From assembly GCA_951406725.2 (NCBI GenBank), contig OX597818.1, positions 144,894,001-144,958,000 on the forward strand: DNA of 64,000 nt. The letters run 5' to 3'. Source of the DNA: Octopus vulgaris (Eukaryota). Of this stretch, positions 26,486 through 38,057 are shown piece after piece. Numbering within the stretch: position 1 is the first letter of the stretch; each line of letters starts with the position of its first letter. A program made the translations under genes and the position numbers. The notes beneath the pieces are model-generated. The model was not told where the DNA came from. It did no database searches and saw nothing but the letters and a program-made list of their open reading frames with translations.

Positions 26486-26690
26486 TGTGTGTCTGTGTTT
26501 ATCCTCCCACCATCACTGACAACCGATGTTGGTGTATTTACATCACCATAACTTAACAGTTTGGCAAAAGCAACCAATAAAATAAGTACTAGGCTTACAA
26601 AGAATAAGTTCTTGGGTCGATTTGTTCAACAAAAGGCAGTGCTCTAGCATGGCCACAGTCAAATGACTGAAACAAATAAAAGAATATATA
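26280..26690 (+). mobile_element. tRNA-derived SINE, family B, complete with internal (TA)n
   Basis: Head GGTGTGGCTGTGCGGTAAG...GGGTTCAGTCCCACTG, internal (TA)n, tail CAGTCAAATGACTGAAACAAATAAAAG. Confidence 0.85.
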
Positions 26691-26714
26691 TACAAACACA
26701 AAATTATATATATA

Positions 26715-27401
26715 TAAAGGACCTGGGTATCTTGGTGGATTCCTCCTTTTCGCCTTCAGCCCAGTGCGTCCATGCTGCCAACAAAGCACGCGGAATTCTG
26801 TTCTTGATTCGACGGTCATTCGGAATGCTCACAGCAGCCATATTCCTACCACTCTATGTCACGCTGGTGAGACCCATATTGGAGTATGGGATTCAAGCCT
26901 CTTCTCCTTATCTCCTCAAAGACATACAGCATCTCGAAAGAGTCCAGAAGCTGGCTACCCGCATGGTTCATGGTCTCCAAAATTTGTCCTACGAAGAAAG
27001 GCTGAGGACGCTCGACTTTTATTCTCTTGAAAAACGCAGCCGCCGTGGTGATCTCATTCTCGCCCACAACATCATAAGCGGAAAGTGTAACGTCTCGAAA
27101 GAGCTGTTCTTCACTCCTGCTCCAGAGCGTCGGCTGCGGGGTCATTCCGAAAAGTTCTACCTGCGACAATTTCATCTCATTCGAAGGAGAGGAGCTTTCT
27201 CCGTCCGGGTTGCGGATCCGTGGAACAAGCTGCCAGACGAGATGGTGAAGATGCCGACGACCGCTTTGTTCAAAGCCTCCCTGGACCTCAAGTGGCCTGA
27301 ACTCTTTACATGAACACCACCCTGTACTTAACTCCATGTCCCCCTACATGGCCTTGCTATTTGCTTTTGAGCCAAATTAACTAACTAACTAACTAACTAA
27401 C
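26715..27401 (+). mobile_element. CR1-group LINE, 5'-truncated copy 2
   Basis: KDLGILVDSS...LDLKWPELFT* (stop at 27313), 3' UTR and (TAAC)n tail, flanked by (TA)n on both sides. Confidence 0.93.
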
Positions 27402-27432
<31 letters not shown>

Positions 27433-27884
27433 CATAAATCTCTCTCATTCTCTCATAGGTATATACACACATGTACATGTTGGTATGGGTAGGATAGTTT
27501 GATACAATCCAATGTGTTGGTTGAGCATGTCTTCCTCTGTCTCATTCTTTGGCATGGTTTCTATAGCTTGATGTCCTTCCAAACACCAACAACTTTACAA
27601 AGTGTAATGAGTGCACAGCACTACAGAAGTTGCCTTGCCACTAACCAGTAAGACTAAAGGGTCCTCTCAAATCCAGCATTATCACTGTTTGAACTCATTA
27701 TCAAATACTTAGAACTTGATGGAGAGGAACAGGCTTATTGTATGTATTGTAAAGGAATGAATAACAAAGGGAACAATGTTGGAGTGGGAGTAGAGGAGAC
27801 AGAAGAGAGGCAAAAGGGAGAGGAACGTCAGGAATTAGTGTGAAGGGGAGGTGGAGAGGACTTTGTGGTAATGGTAATAAGGAG

Positions 27885-28115
27885 GGTGGTGAGCTGGCAG
27901 AATTGTTAGCACGCTGGGCAAAATTCTCAGCGGTATTTTGTCTGCTGCTATGTTGTGAGTTCAAATTCTGCCGAGGTCGACTTTGCCTTTCATCCTTCCG
28001 GGGTCAATTAAATAAGTACCAGTTACGCACTGGGGTCGATATAATCAACTTAATCCATTTGTCTGTCCTTGTTCGTCCCCTCTGTGTTTAGCCCCTTGTG
28101 GGTAGTAAAGAAATA
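27885..28115 (+). mobile_element. tRNA-derived SINE, family A
   Basis: GGTGGTGAGCTGGCAGAA...GAGTTCAAATTCTGCCGAGGTCGACTTTGCCTTTCATCC...GCCCCTTGTGGG. Confidence 0.88.
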
Positions 28116-28759
28116 GGCAATGGTAATAAGGGTGGGTGAATAGATGATAGAGGAGGGGAAGTAGAACAGTAATTCCAAAGATTAGTTTGAAGCAGAGCAA
28201 GGGTAGGAACAATGTGGTAATCCTAATGAAGTAGCTGGACCCAGTGACCAGATGGATCAGTGAGTCTGCCATGCCAGCATGGGTTGGATGGTTCATTAGG
28301 ATCTAAGAAAGCTGTTATTGGAGTTATACAGGTTTATTGTTGAAGAAGGGCAAGGTCACTGTTAGGCAAGAGGAAAAAGGAGGGAAATGAAAAGAAGTGT
28401 CAGAAGTTTGGTAAGAAAGAGCATTAGAGGAGTGATAAGACATTGGGGAGGGTTGAGTAGGAGGGGTGTAGTGCTATCTCATTTTATAAATGGGTGAGGA
28501 GAAGTGGTGTGGAGAAAGAAAGATGGAAGTAATGGAAGGGAGAGGGAGATGTAAAGTTAGTTTCAAGGGATTAGTGAGCCTGATAAAGGCAGTGAGGAGG
28601 GTGGAGAATGGACTTAGTAGGAAGTGGTGCAGTGCTACCCAACATTACACAAGGGTGTGTAAAGTGGTGCAGAGGAGAGATAGATAAGGTAATGGTGAGG
28701 GGCCGGGATAGATACTCAAGCTAACACGTCCAAGTGTGCATGGTGACAAGTAAAAAGGT

Positions 28760-29005
28760 AAAGTTGCCTTCTCAAGTGATGTCAACTCACAAGGGCCAGT
28801 TTCTCGGTTTCATGGCGAATATAGTTTGCACCTGGATGAGATGGCCGTCTGTTGCAAGACTACTCCTTTTAGCCAGCTGAGTGGACTGGAACAATATGAA
28901 ATGAAGTGTTTTGTTTAAGAACACAATGCATTGCTTGGTCCAGAAATCGAAACCACAATCTTATGATCATGAACCTGATACCCTAACCACTAGGCCACAT
29001 GCCTC
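28760..29005 (-). mobile_element. tRNA-derived SINE, family C
   Basis: The minus strand begins GTGGCCTAGTGGTTAGGG (A box)...GGTTTCGATTTC (B box-like). A related head lies at 55500-55630. Confidence 0.7.
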
Positions 29006-29351
29006 CACTGACAAGTGAGTTAGATAGGGTGAATAAAGGTAGGCAGAATACAGTCCCTTCCCACACAAGTCATGAGTTATAGTTTAGGAGGAAGGAGTGG
29101 TAGGAAGATCTATGTGGTGGAGTAATGGGGAAGGCAGATATTCAATATGCATAAATCCTATATTTTCTTTTCAGTTCTGGGTATCATGGAATGGAGAGAG
29201 ACACATGCACTAAACCTGTGTGGGGGGGAGGGGTCAGCTTATCTGCAGCACCACATATTGCCAGTCGACAGTCATTTCCTTCATCAGATGTAACACTTGG
29301 AGAGTATTTTTCTTTGGTTTCTGTCTCCCACAGCTACCATTCACTTTGAAT

Positions 29352-29528
<177 letters not shown>

Positions 29529-29886
29529 ATGTGTGTAAACAAAAATGAGCTAAGAATGGCCACCGATTTGTTTATGAAAATCAGAGAAATACAAGTATAT
29601 TGAATACCATACAACATAAATTATTGATTTAGAGCATGAGCCACAATTGTCAAATGATAATTTAGAACAGCTCCAGATGAGAAGGGGAAATAATCTCAAG
29701 AATCAAGAATTATCCAAAGTTGACAGACCAGAGGATATGGACAGGCTTATTGTCTGGAGATAAGCGGACAGTTGTCAACATATGTTTCTGCCTCAATAGG
29801 TATCATCAACAAGACAATTATTCTAACTTCCGGCAGCCAAGGGATACATATCTATCTATATACACAGAAATATATATACATATACA

Positions 29887-29920
<34 letters not shown>

Positions 29921-31484
29921 CGTGATTGACCGGGCTATCAGATGCTGCTACACATTGCCGGTCACAATGCGCTTCGCATTGTTTTAGCCTTCAAATGACG
30001 CCACCCCGCTGCACATACATACGCACACACACACATATATGCATACGTACAAGTACCGGCACACACATGCATATCAAGAAATCTAACATCACACACTGAG
30101 AGATACATACGAACAAATGCTTTATCCCACAGGCATAGATTCACATATACAACTATGCATATTAGCTAAAACATGTTCATACACACATGGACACTGATGT
30201 TATAAATTAGCTATGCACCTCTTTATGTCTTGTTATTTTTGTCATTTCATTTTAGTGTTGTTTTATTCACTCACAAATAAAACAGAGTCTATTTCTGTGA
30301 GTGAAAAGAAACAGACACACAAAAATAAAATTATGATGAGGTCTGGTCAACTTATCCAAATTTAGTTTCACACAGACAATTAAATGACATAGTCTCACTG
30401 TGATATCTCTAAACAATTAAACATAAGAATATTAATAAATATCTCACTTTCTCAAGATTGAATTTTAGTATTAATATAGTACTAGCAATGCACCCCAGTG
30501 TTGCCAGAGTGTTATCCCATCTCAGATCCCAAAGATTCAGCTTTATAAGCTAGACTAATTGTCTTGCCCCCAACAAGGTTAAAAAGTCCTTCTAGCTCTG
30601 TATTATCTCTGCTCAAAAACACTTGTGAGTTTCAAAGTGAAAAAGCTTCACCATAGAAAGAAAGATTAGGAAAGTGAGCGACAACTTTAAGTGAGGAATT
30701 GGGAGAAGTTGTAGTTTGATGAGAATGCATTTATTATTAAGAGAGTAAGACAGGAGAAGGAGGTGCCAGAGCATATTCTCAAAGTAACATGAACAAGGTG
30801 AAGAGAGTCTAATGACAGAACACTCATGGTGAGGTAATGGAGGTTACAAAGATATAATCCCTTCTCTCTCTACTTAAGCCCCAGGATACAGAAGGACAAA
30901 GGGGGGAAGAACTGTAGAATATAGGTGGTAGTGGTGATGGGGGTATTGAGAATGTATAGGTCCAATGCTTTCCACTGAATTACAGGGGGTATGGTATGAA
31001 GAGTAGGAGAAGAGGTAATAAAGTGATGGAAGGGAATAAAATAGATAGAGTGGACAGAAGAGATGGTGGAGAGGTATGATGGTATAGAATAGGCAAAAGG
31101 TAGGGGGTGGGAACTGTACATTATCCAATTATTTTAACAGGCATTTTGATAAAACTTCTTTCAGTTTCCTCATGAGACATTGGTTAATCTGGAGCTAAAG
31201 TTGAAAGCACTTGCCTAAGGTGCTGCACAGAAGGACTGAACAAAAAGCCATGTGGTTGCAAACTTCTTAAGCACATAGCCATGCCTGTGCTTATATATTT
31301 CATCATCATCGATGTTTAATATCTGCTTTCCATGCTGGTATGGGTTGGATGACTTGTCATGGAGCTGTCCAGACTTCAATTATCTGTTGTGGCATGGTTC
31401 CTATGGCTGGATACCCTTCCTAATGCCAACTGCTTAACAGAGTGGGCAGGGTGCTTTTTAAATGCCTCCACCAGAGGTGCTTTG

Positions 31485-31577
31485 TGGCATCTTGGGCAAG
31501 TGTCTTCTGCTATAGCCCCGGGCCAACCAATGCCTTGTGAGTGGATTTGGTAGACGGAAACTGAAAGAAGCCTGTCG

Positions 31578-31610
<33 letters not shown>

Positions 31611-31810
31611 ATCTGTGTTTGTCCTCCTAGCATTGTTTGACAACCGATGCTGGTGTGTTTACGTCCCCGTCACTTAGCGGTTCGGCAAAAGAGATCGATA
31701 GAATAAGTACTGGGCTTACAAAGAATAAGTCCCGGGGTCGATTTGCTCGACTAAAGGCGGTGCTCCAGCATGGCTGCAGTCAAATGACTGAAACAAGTAA
31801 AAGAGTAAAA
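31485..31810 (+). mobile_element. SINE family B, 5'-truncated
   Basis: GTGGCATCTTGGGCAAGTGTCTTC...(TA)n...GACTGAAACAAGTAAAAG. Confidence 0.85.
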
Positions 31811-32116
31811 GAGAGTAAAGAGTATATACACACACACACACATACAGCTGAACCATACAGCACATTATTTTATTCTTTTACTTGCTTCAGTCATTTGACT
31901 GTGGCCATTCTGGAGCACTGCCTTTAGTTGAGCAAATCGCCCTCAGGATTTATTCTTTGTAAGCCTAGTACTTATTCTATCAGTCTATTTTGCCGAACCG
32001 CTAAGTTACAGTGACATAAACACACCAGCATTGGTTGTCTAGCAATGTTTGTTGGGGGGGGGGGGGGCACAAACACACACACAAACATATACAAACACAT
32101 ATATGTGTGTGTGTGT

Positions 32117-32159
<43 letters not shown>

Positions 32160-32374
32160 CATTATTAAATCTCTGAACGAGATGTAAACAGTAACGGCTC
32201 GACAATGTAAAGTATAATAGCCATCTCAATATGGCTAACAACAAAGGGGGGGGGTGTTACTGTAGATTTTTAGCCCCAGGAGATCATCGTCTCCAGCTGG
32301 CTTTAGGCACACTATCTGTGCCCTTATGGTATTTGCAAAGGGAGGCCATCCCTTTCTCGTAAGCCTAAGTGATA

Positions 32375-32419
32375 TGCACGGACTGCAGTTTCGAGGTTGT
32401 TGCCTCTTGTCAACGGGCG
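32375..32419 (-). ncRNA. Minimal type I hammerhead ribozyme, U3-A8 core variant (left arm)
   Basis: The minus strand reads CGCCCG-UUGACAA-GAGG(CAACAA)CCUC-GAAA-CUGCAG-UC-CGUGCA. Confidence 0.72.
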
Positions 32420-32451
32420 GTAATCACTGGATTACGATGAAAGGTGATTAC

Positions 32452-32496
32452 CGCCCGTTGACAAGAGGCAACAACCTCGAAACTGCAGTCCGTGCG
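32452..32496 (+). ncRNA. Minimal type I hammerhead ribozyme, U3-A8 core variant (right arm)
   Basis: CGCCCG-UUGACAA(32458-64)-GAGG(CAACAA)CCUC-GAAA(32479-82)-CUGCAG-UC-CGUGCG. The triplet is GUC, helix III is the palindrome ACUGCAGU, and stem I pairs at 5 of 6 positions. Confidence 0.75.
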
Positions 32497-32658
32497 TATC
32501 ACTTAGGCTTACGAGAAAGGGATGGCCTCCCTTTGCAAATACCATAAGGGCGCAGATAGTGTGCCTAAAGCCAGCTGGAGACGATGATCTCCTGGGGCTA
32601 AAAGCTACAGTAACACCCCACCTTTGTGGTTAGCCATATTGAGATGGCTATTATACTT

Positions 32659-32694
<36 letters not shown>

Positions 32695-33101
32695 ACAGGT
32701 TTCTTTCAGCTTTCATCTACCAAATCTACTCACAAGGCCTTGGTTGGCCCAAGGCTATAGACGCCAAGTTGCCACATAGCGGGACTGAACCCGGAACCAT
32801 GTGGTTGGTTAGCAAGTTACTTATCACACAGCCATGTTTATTATTACTTTTGCCCCCAAAATTACTGATGGTAGTGTTATTTTTTTTTCCATTTAAGATG
32901 TTTCAGCAAAGAGACAAGAAAATAATGACCTCCTCCTTTCCCATAAGAAAAGAAATATTAACTTACATAGAAAATGTAATGACAAAAATAAATACAAAAT
33001 TGATATAATTCTAATCAAACTGAATTTTATGTACCGTTTTTTTATTTCCCAGACATGACAGTATTGTGGATCAGTTATCCATCACTTCAAACACCAACAT
33101 A

Positions 33102-33470
33102 CTGGGTTCTCATTCCTAAGGTATTTTTATGACGTTGTTGTAATTATTATTATTATTATTATTCAGGTCACTGCCTGGAATTGAACTCGGAATCTGGGGG
33201 TTAGTAGCCTGTGCTCTAAACCATATGATGTAGTGGTTAAGAGCACGGGCTACTAACCCCAATATTTCGAGTTCGATTCCAGGCAGTGACCTGAATAATA
33301 ATAATAATAATAATAATACCAATACCAACAACAACATCGGAAAAATACCTTAGGAATGAGAACCCTGGTTCAAAATTCCTCATGGACACCTGATGAAGGC
33401 TGGAGAGTACATCAGCCGAAACTTAACAACAGACAAGATGAGGCCAAATGTAAATAATGTAAACAATCCT
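33102..33470 (+). mobile_element. tRNA-headed SINE-like element with hammerhead tail and an inverted 5' duplication
   Basis: tRNA-like head at 33230-33291 (TAGTGGTTAAG, anticodon-like loop CTACTAA, B box GTTCGATTCC), (AAT)n linker, then CTGATGA-AGGCTG..CAGCC-GAAAC at 33390-33422. 33104-33223 is the reverse complement of 33234-33365. Confidence 0.85.
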
Positions 33471-33854
33471 CACCCCACGTTCAGAAATTTTGTTTTCAAT
33501 ACCAATTTCCATATAATCGGAATCTACACCATCCAAAGCGTATTTGCAGAGAATTTCACTAAAAAATAATTATTTTTCCGGAAGTCACGAGGGCAAAAAA
33601 GTCGCTGGGAAGGAACACATGTGGAGATATACCTAAATAAGATTTTTATGTAAATTTTATGTCTTAGAAGTTGGTGTAGGAAAGTAACGGAGAATACTGA
33701 CTCCTCACCTATTTCATTTAACTGGGACACCCAATCCATTTTTGAATTTTCCCAGGTTGTTTTAGTTTCATCAGTTACTTCGTAAGATTTAGGGGCCTAA
33801 AACTAAAGACCACCAACGCCAGCATAAACATATCTTTATATATAGGTCAAACTA

Positions 33855-34660
33855 ATATAAAAATGAAATGCGCGCTCGTGAACGGGGATGGGGGAGATGA
33901 CTCAGAAAGTTCCCATTGTGAATGTTCCGAGACGTCTCACCACAGCCAAAAAAAACTTGCGGATCTTTTTGGTTTGAACGGCAGTTTTTCTAGCAGTGTC
34001 ATATGAAATTGTCACCCATAATTATGACCCTAGTATCGATCTATTGCATTTCAATCTATTTTAGGGTTAGGGTTACGATTAGGGGTGGGGGGAAGGGTAT
34101 CTTTTGATCTTCACAAATGTAAATATACCCAATCTGTTTTTTAAACGAGGGACATATTCATACGGCACAGAATGTTGTTTACCTCAATAGACGTCAGTGA
34201 TTGGTTAAAATTGCAGAAATTGAAGAAAAAACAACAAATATCTTACAAACTATAGAATTTTCTCAATAAAGCCAAGATGTTTTATAAACACATTCTACCA
34301 ATATACGAAGTTTAAATTTTTTAGTTACTTAGAAATTATGTTAAAAACTTCCGTTCAAACCGAAAAGATCCAAACTTGCTGTAAACGAATATGAAAAAAA
34401 AAAAAAAATGCGCCATCGCGGTGGTGCGTGGGAGGGGGAGAGGACTCGGAACATTCACATCCTATCTTTTTTCATATTCGTTTACTGCGAGCGCGCATTT
34501 TTCTTTTCATATTCGTTTACTACATGTTGTTGTACACCTATTACACTATTTTCCTTTTTTTTCTTTTTTGCCTGTGGTGAGACGACTCGGAACATTCACG
34601 ATGGGAACTTTCCGAGTCCTCTCCCCCACTCCACCTTCGCGCATTTTTTTCATATTCGTT
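33855..34660. repeat. Nested inverted-repeat (fold-back) element with GACTCGGAACATTCAC modules
   Basis: 33870-33947 is the imperfect reverse complement of 34571-34642. GTAAACGAATATGAAAAAA (34381) is inverted relative to 34466 and 34504. Confidence 0.65.
33961..34371. mobile_element. Merlin-like MITE with internal TTAGGG repeats, copy 1
   Basis: TIRs GGATCTTTTTGGTTTGAACGGCAGTTTTT / AAAAACTTCCGTTCAAACCGAAAAGATCC and a perfect 8-bp TSD AAACTTGC. GG termini plus an 8-bp TSD fit Merlin. Confidence 0.85.
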
Positions 34661-34899
34661 GTTTTACAACATATTACACTGTTTATTCTTTTTTTGTTTT
34701 TGTTTTGTTCGGATCAAACCCTTTAGTAACACATGTCGCGAAAACAAAGAGCTATGGGTTCGAATCGCATGCGTTCAAGAACCCTACCTTTTTTTTTTTG
34801 GTTAGAGCTTAAATGCTCGAGTATTTGACTATTTCTTTAGTCATTGCAGTGATTGCTTATAAGCTTTAAGTTTATAAAATATCATTGTCATAATTTACA

Positions 34900-34934
<35 letters not shown>

Positions 34935-35301
34935 TAGATAGAGAGAGAGAGAGAGAGAGTGAGAGAGAGGCGTGCGCTTTCGTTGACATAGTGAGAAAAA
35001 TCGAAAAAAGCGGTGCTTTCCGAACGAAGTTCCTTGCATCGATTGTAACATGTATCAATGATGCGATTTTTCTATTTGAATGTGTGTATATAAATAAACA
35101 TACGTCAGTGATATGTGACTGTGTATACATATCTGTCTACTTTTACGAAACAAATGTTCAATAAAAATCAAGAGACGAATCTAATATTTTTACAGTCAGA
35201 AATGAAGAATGCGATCTTAAAATATCACTTGTTGCACCTACATAGGTCCACATTCACACATACATATGTATGTATATATATATATATATATATACATACA
35301 T

Positions 35302-35337
<36 letters not shown>

Positions 35338-35339
35338 CT

Positions 35340-35407
<68 letters not shown>

Positions 35408-35605
35408 TGTATTTTACCTAAGAACGTGTACTGAAACGGAAATAATTATACTTTAGAAGGATTAGTTTAGCCATTTGCAGTAGAATAGTGCCAGAGTTGG
35501 GTTGCAGAAGTGCGACGAAAATTCAAACTCAAGGTAAAAACGAAAAGTTAAAAGTTTTTGTGTTCTTCAATATATAAAATAGTTCTTCCACGACGTAATA
35601 TTATG

Positions 35606-35642
<37 letters not shown>

Positions 35643-35705
35643 TGTATGTATGTATATATTTATATATGTGTGTATATATATATATACACATATATATATA
35701 AATAT

Positions 35706-35796
<91 letters not shown>

Positions 35797-35800
35797 TTTA

Positions 35801-35958
35801 AGGAGTGGCTGTGTGGTAAATAGGTTGCTTACCAACCCACATGGCTCCGGGTTCAGTCCCACTGTGTGGCACCTTGGGCAAGTGTCTTCTGCTATAGCCT
35901 CGGGCCGACCAAAGCCTTGTGAGTGGATTTGATAGACGGAAACTGAAAGAAGCCCATC

Positions 35959-35960
<2 letters not shown>
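35801..35960 (+). mobile_element. SINE family B 5' half embedded in long (TA)n tracts
   Basis: GGAGTGGCTGTGTGGTAAA...GGGTTCAGTCCCACTG...GAAGCCCATCG(TA)n. Confidence 0.85.
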
Positions 35961-36007
<47 letters not shown>

Positions 36008-36008
36008 C

Positions 36009-36096
<88 letters not shown>

Positions 36097-36937
36097 ATGA
36101 TCGTTCAATTCGTTGCTATTCGAAAGTTCTCGCTCGATCGTTCAGGTGATAATCTACTTTAGAACATGTATTGAGTACTCTTTCTAGTTTTTGTCAAACC
36201 AAATATGTGTGTGTGTGTTAAGTGGTGGGTTGGAGTTGTCATAACACCAACAGAGTCGGCTTAGTTCGAATAAGCAAGGCAGAGACGAGAATAGATGGGC
36301 AAATGGAAGTGAAAGAGAAGAGAAAAACTACGAACAAAATATTTGGAATACGTACCAATAAATGTCAATGTTATAAGTTAGCAAAATGACCAATAAACCA
36401 TGTAGGAGAAGGAGAATAGAGTGAGAGGGCATGAAGGGAAATAGTAAGATAGAGAGAGAGGGGTAAATAGATAGATAGATAGAGGTAAGCGGAGAGATGG
36501 GGGAGATAATGAGATGTAGGTAGAGAAATAGATAGAGAGAGAGAGAGAGATGTAGAGTTGAGAGAAAGAGAAATGGGTAGATAGAAGAATAAATACGTGT
36601 GAAGAGAGATTGAGATGTGAGAGAGGGAGAGGCAGAGGAATGGAAAGCGATAGATAGATATGTAGAGGGGGTGAAGTATGAGAGAGAGAGGTAGATAAGC
36701 AGATATATAGAGAGAGGTAGAGAGAAAGGGAGAGAAGTGTTTCGCTGACGGAGATGTTTACATTTGTGACCAAGGAAGTGTGAATACAGAAGAGGTTTGA
36801 CTTGTCTTCCTTCTTTCATTCATTCGATTTCAACGCAAAACCCCGACACCATTTTCGTAGCCCCTTCTTGCAATGTCCCCTCATTTATTGTTTTTGTGGC
36901 AATAAAAAAAGGAAATTATTTGGTGAATGTTAACAAC

Positions 36938-37024
36938 ATGGCCGCGTGCCCCCAGCATGCAACGCGCCGACGACATGGACGCCAGACTCGTTGCCAGCGA
37001 GTGGTAGCGGTGGTAGTAGAAGTA
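36938..37024 (+). other. Candidate first exon or promoter-proximal CpG-rich segment
   Basis: AACAACATGGCCGC (good start context, YY1-like) opens 29 codons ending at a GTAAGT donor (37025). The segment is locally CpG-rich. No recognisable homology. Confidence 0.25.
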
Positions 37025-37965
37025 GTAAGTGATGTAGTAGGAGGAGGGGAGAAGGGGAGTAGCAACATCATTGACAGTCGAAACAACGGAAACCTCTACG
37101 AGGTCTCTCGATATACTAGAAATAGCAGCCAAATTCTTTCAAAACACACCCTAATATTCGCAGAACATTAGGAAAAGGACATGATAGATAATTTGGTACT
37201 GGATCCCATGCACATTGGGAATAGACTGATGGTCAGGGCTATAATGTTTTTGACCGCAGGTCTACTCAATCACGGCTGACTTGGGGTTAAACAACTGCAA
37301 CGGAATGTCTACGTTGTCGCTTGAACAGGTGGAAATAGCAGCTATACTTCTCTCAAATCGCACCTACGAACAATACAATCCCAGATACACCCAGAATGGC
37401 GTGATGGTGATGAATGCTTTTTTTTTAATCATATCTTGTTTTGCTCAGTCAGGACCAGCCTGGGACAGACACACCGCCACCAACACCAACAAACAATAAC
37501 AGCAGCAGCAGTATATAAGGTATCTGTTACAAGAACAGCAATAACAATAGCGACGGTAACCACTTCAACAACTGTAGGAATAACTGCGGAAAATGTTTAC
37601 CATTAGACTCATCTCGTTCTAAATGGGTGGTTTTACCTAATGAAAAAAATGATCTCCGATAGTTGTAATTAGATTCGTTCAAAGTACATAAAAAAACATA
37701 GCAAAAATAAACACATTTCACCTTCAAAGTGAGACGAGTAATAACAACTACAAAAACAATGTCAAAACGGGACGAGCGACAGTGTTTCTAATCAGAATAA
37801 CATTTAGAAGAACTACGGTAAACAGCAGCAAAAGAAGCAGCAGTTGGCGTTTCTATGGCAACTTGTCAACAGAATCGCTTGTAGCGGCCAGTCAGGCGTC
37901 AGAGAAACGAAAATTTTCTTTCCTAACACTCACCAAAAAAGAAAAAAAATTCGCTTCAGCACACG

Positions 37966-38044
<79 letters not shown>

Positions 38045-38057
38045 TAACATATACATA

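Larger units (their letters stand above)
32205..32663. mobile_element. Fold-back element (~220-bp arms, 16-nt spacer) carrying two divergent hammerhead ribozymes
   Basis: 32205-32427 is the near-perfect reverse complement of 32444-32663. The element is embedded in (TA)n. Confidence 0.9.
31870..32835 (-). mobile_element. SINE family B, split at its internal (TA)n by the hammerhead palindrome
   Basis: The 3' half (reverse complement) is at 31870-32100 and the 5' half at 32695-32835 (GGGACTGAACCCGGAACCATGTGG). Confidence 0.8.

Noticed and set aside
26846-27337. Conserved antisense ORF (also 8680-8991 and 38888-39205)
   Set aside because: It is a shadow of the LINE ORF in young, near-identical copies, and its length differs between copies.
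30480-30512. Helitron-like end (ACTAGC...CCCAGTGTTGCC), with a reverse copy at ~1900-1931
   Set aside because: The matches are too short and degenerate to delimit an element.
33230-33291. Functional tRNA gene
   Set aside because: The 5' acceptor stem is missing, and the sequence runs into (AAT)n and a ribozyme module, so it is a SINE head.
33468-33474. Minus-strand splice donor (GTGAGG) of a first exon
   Set aside because: It overlaps the tail of the hammerhead element (compare ATTCCTCA at ~39573), so it is probably coincidental.
37782-38057. N-terminal extension of the 387-aa RT ORF as a chimeric gene
   Set aside because: It is read-through of flanking DNA and a (CA)n tract into a 5'-truncated, frameshifted LINE.
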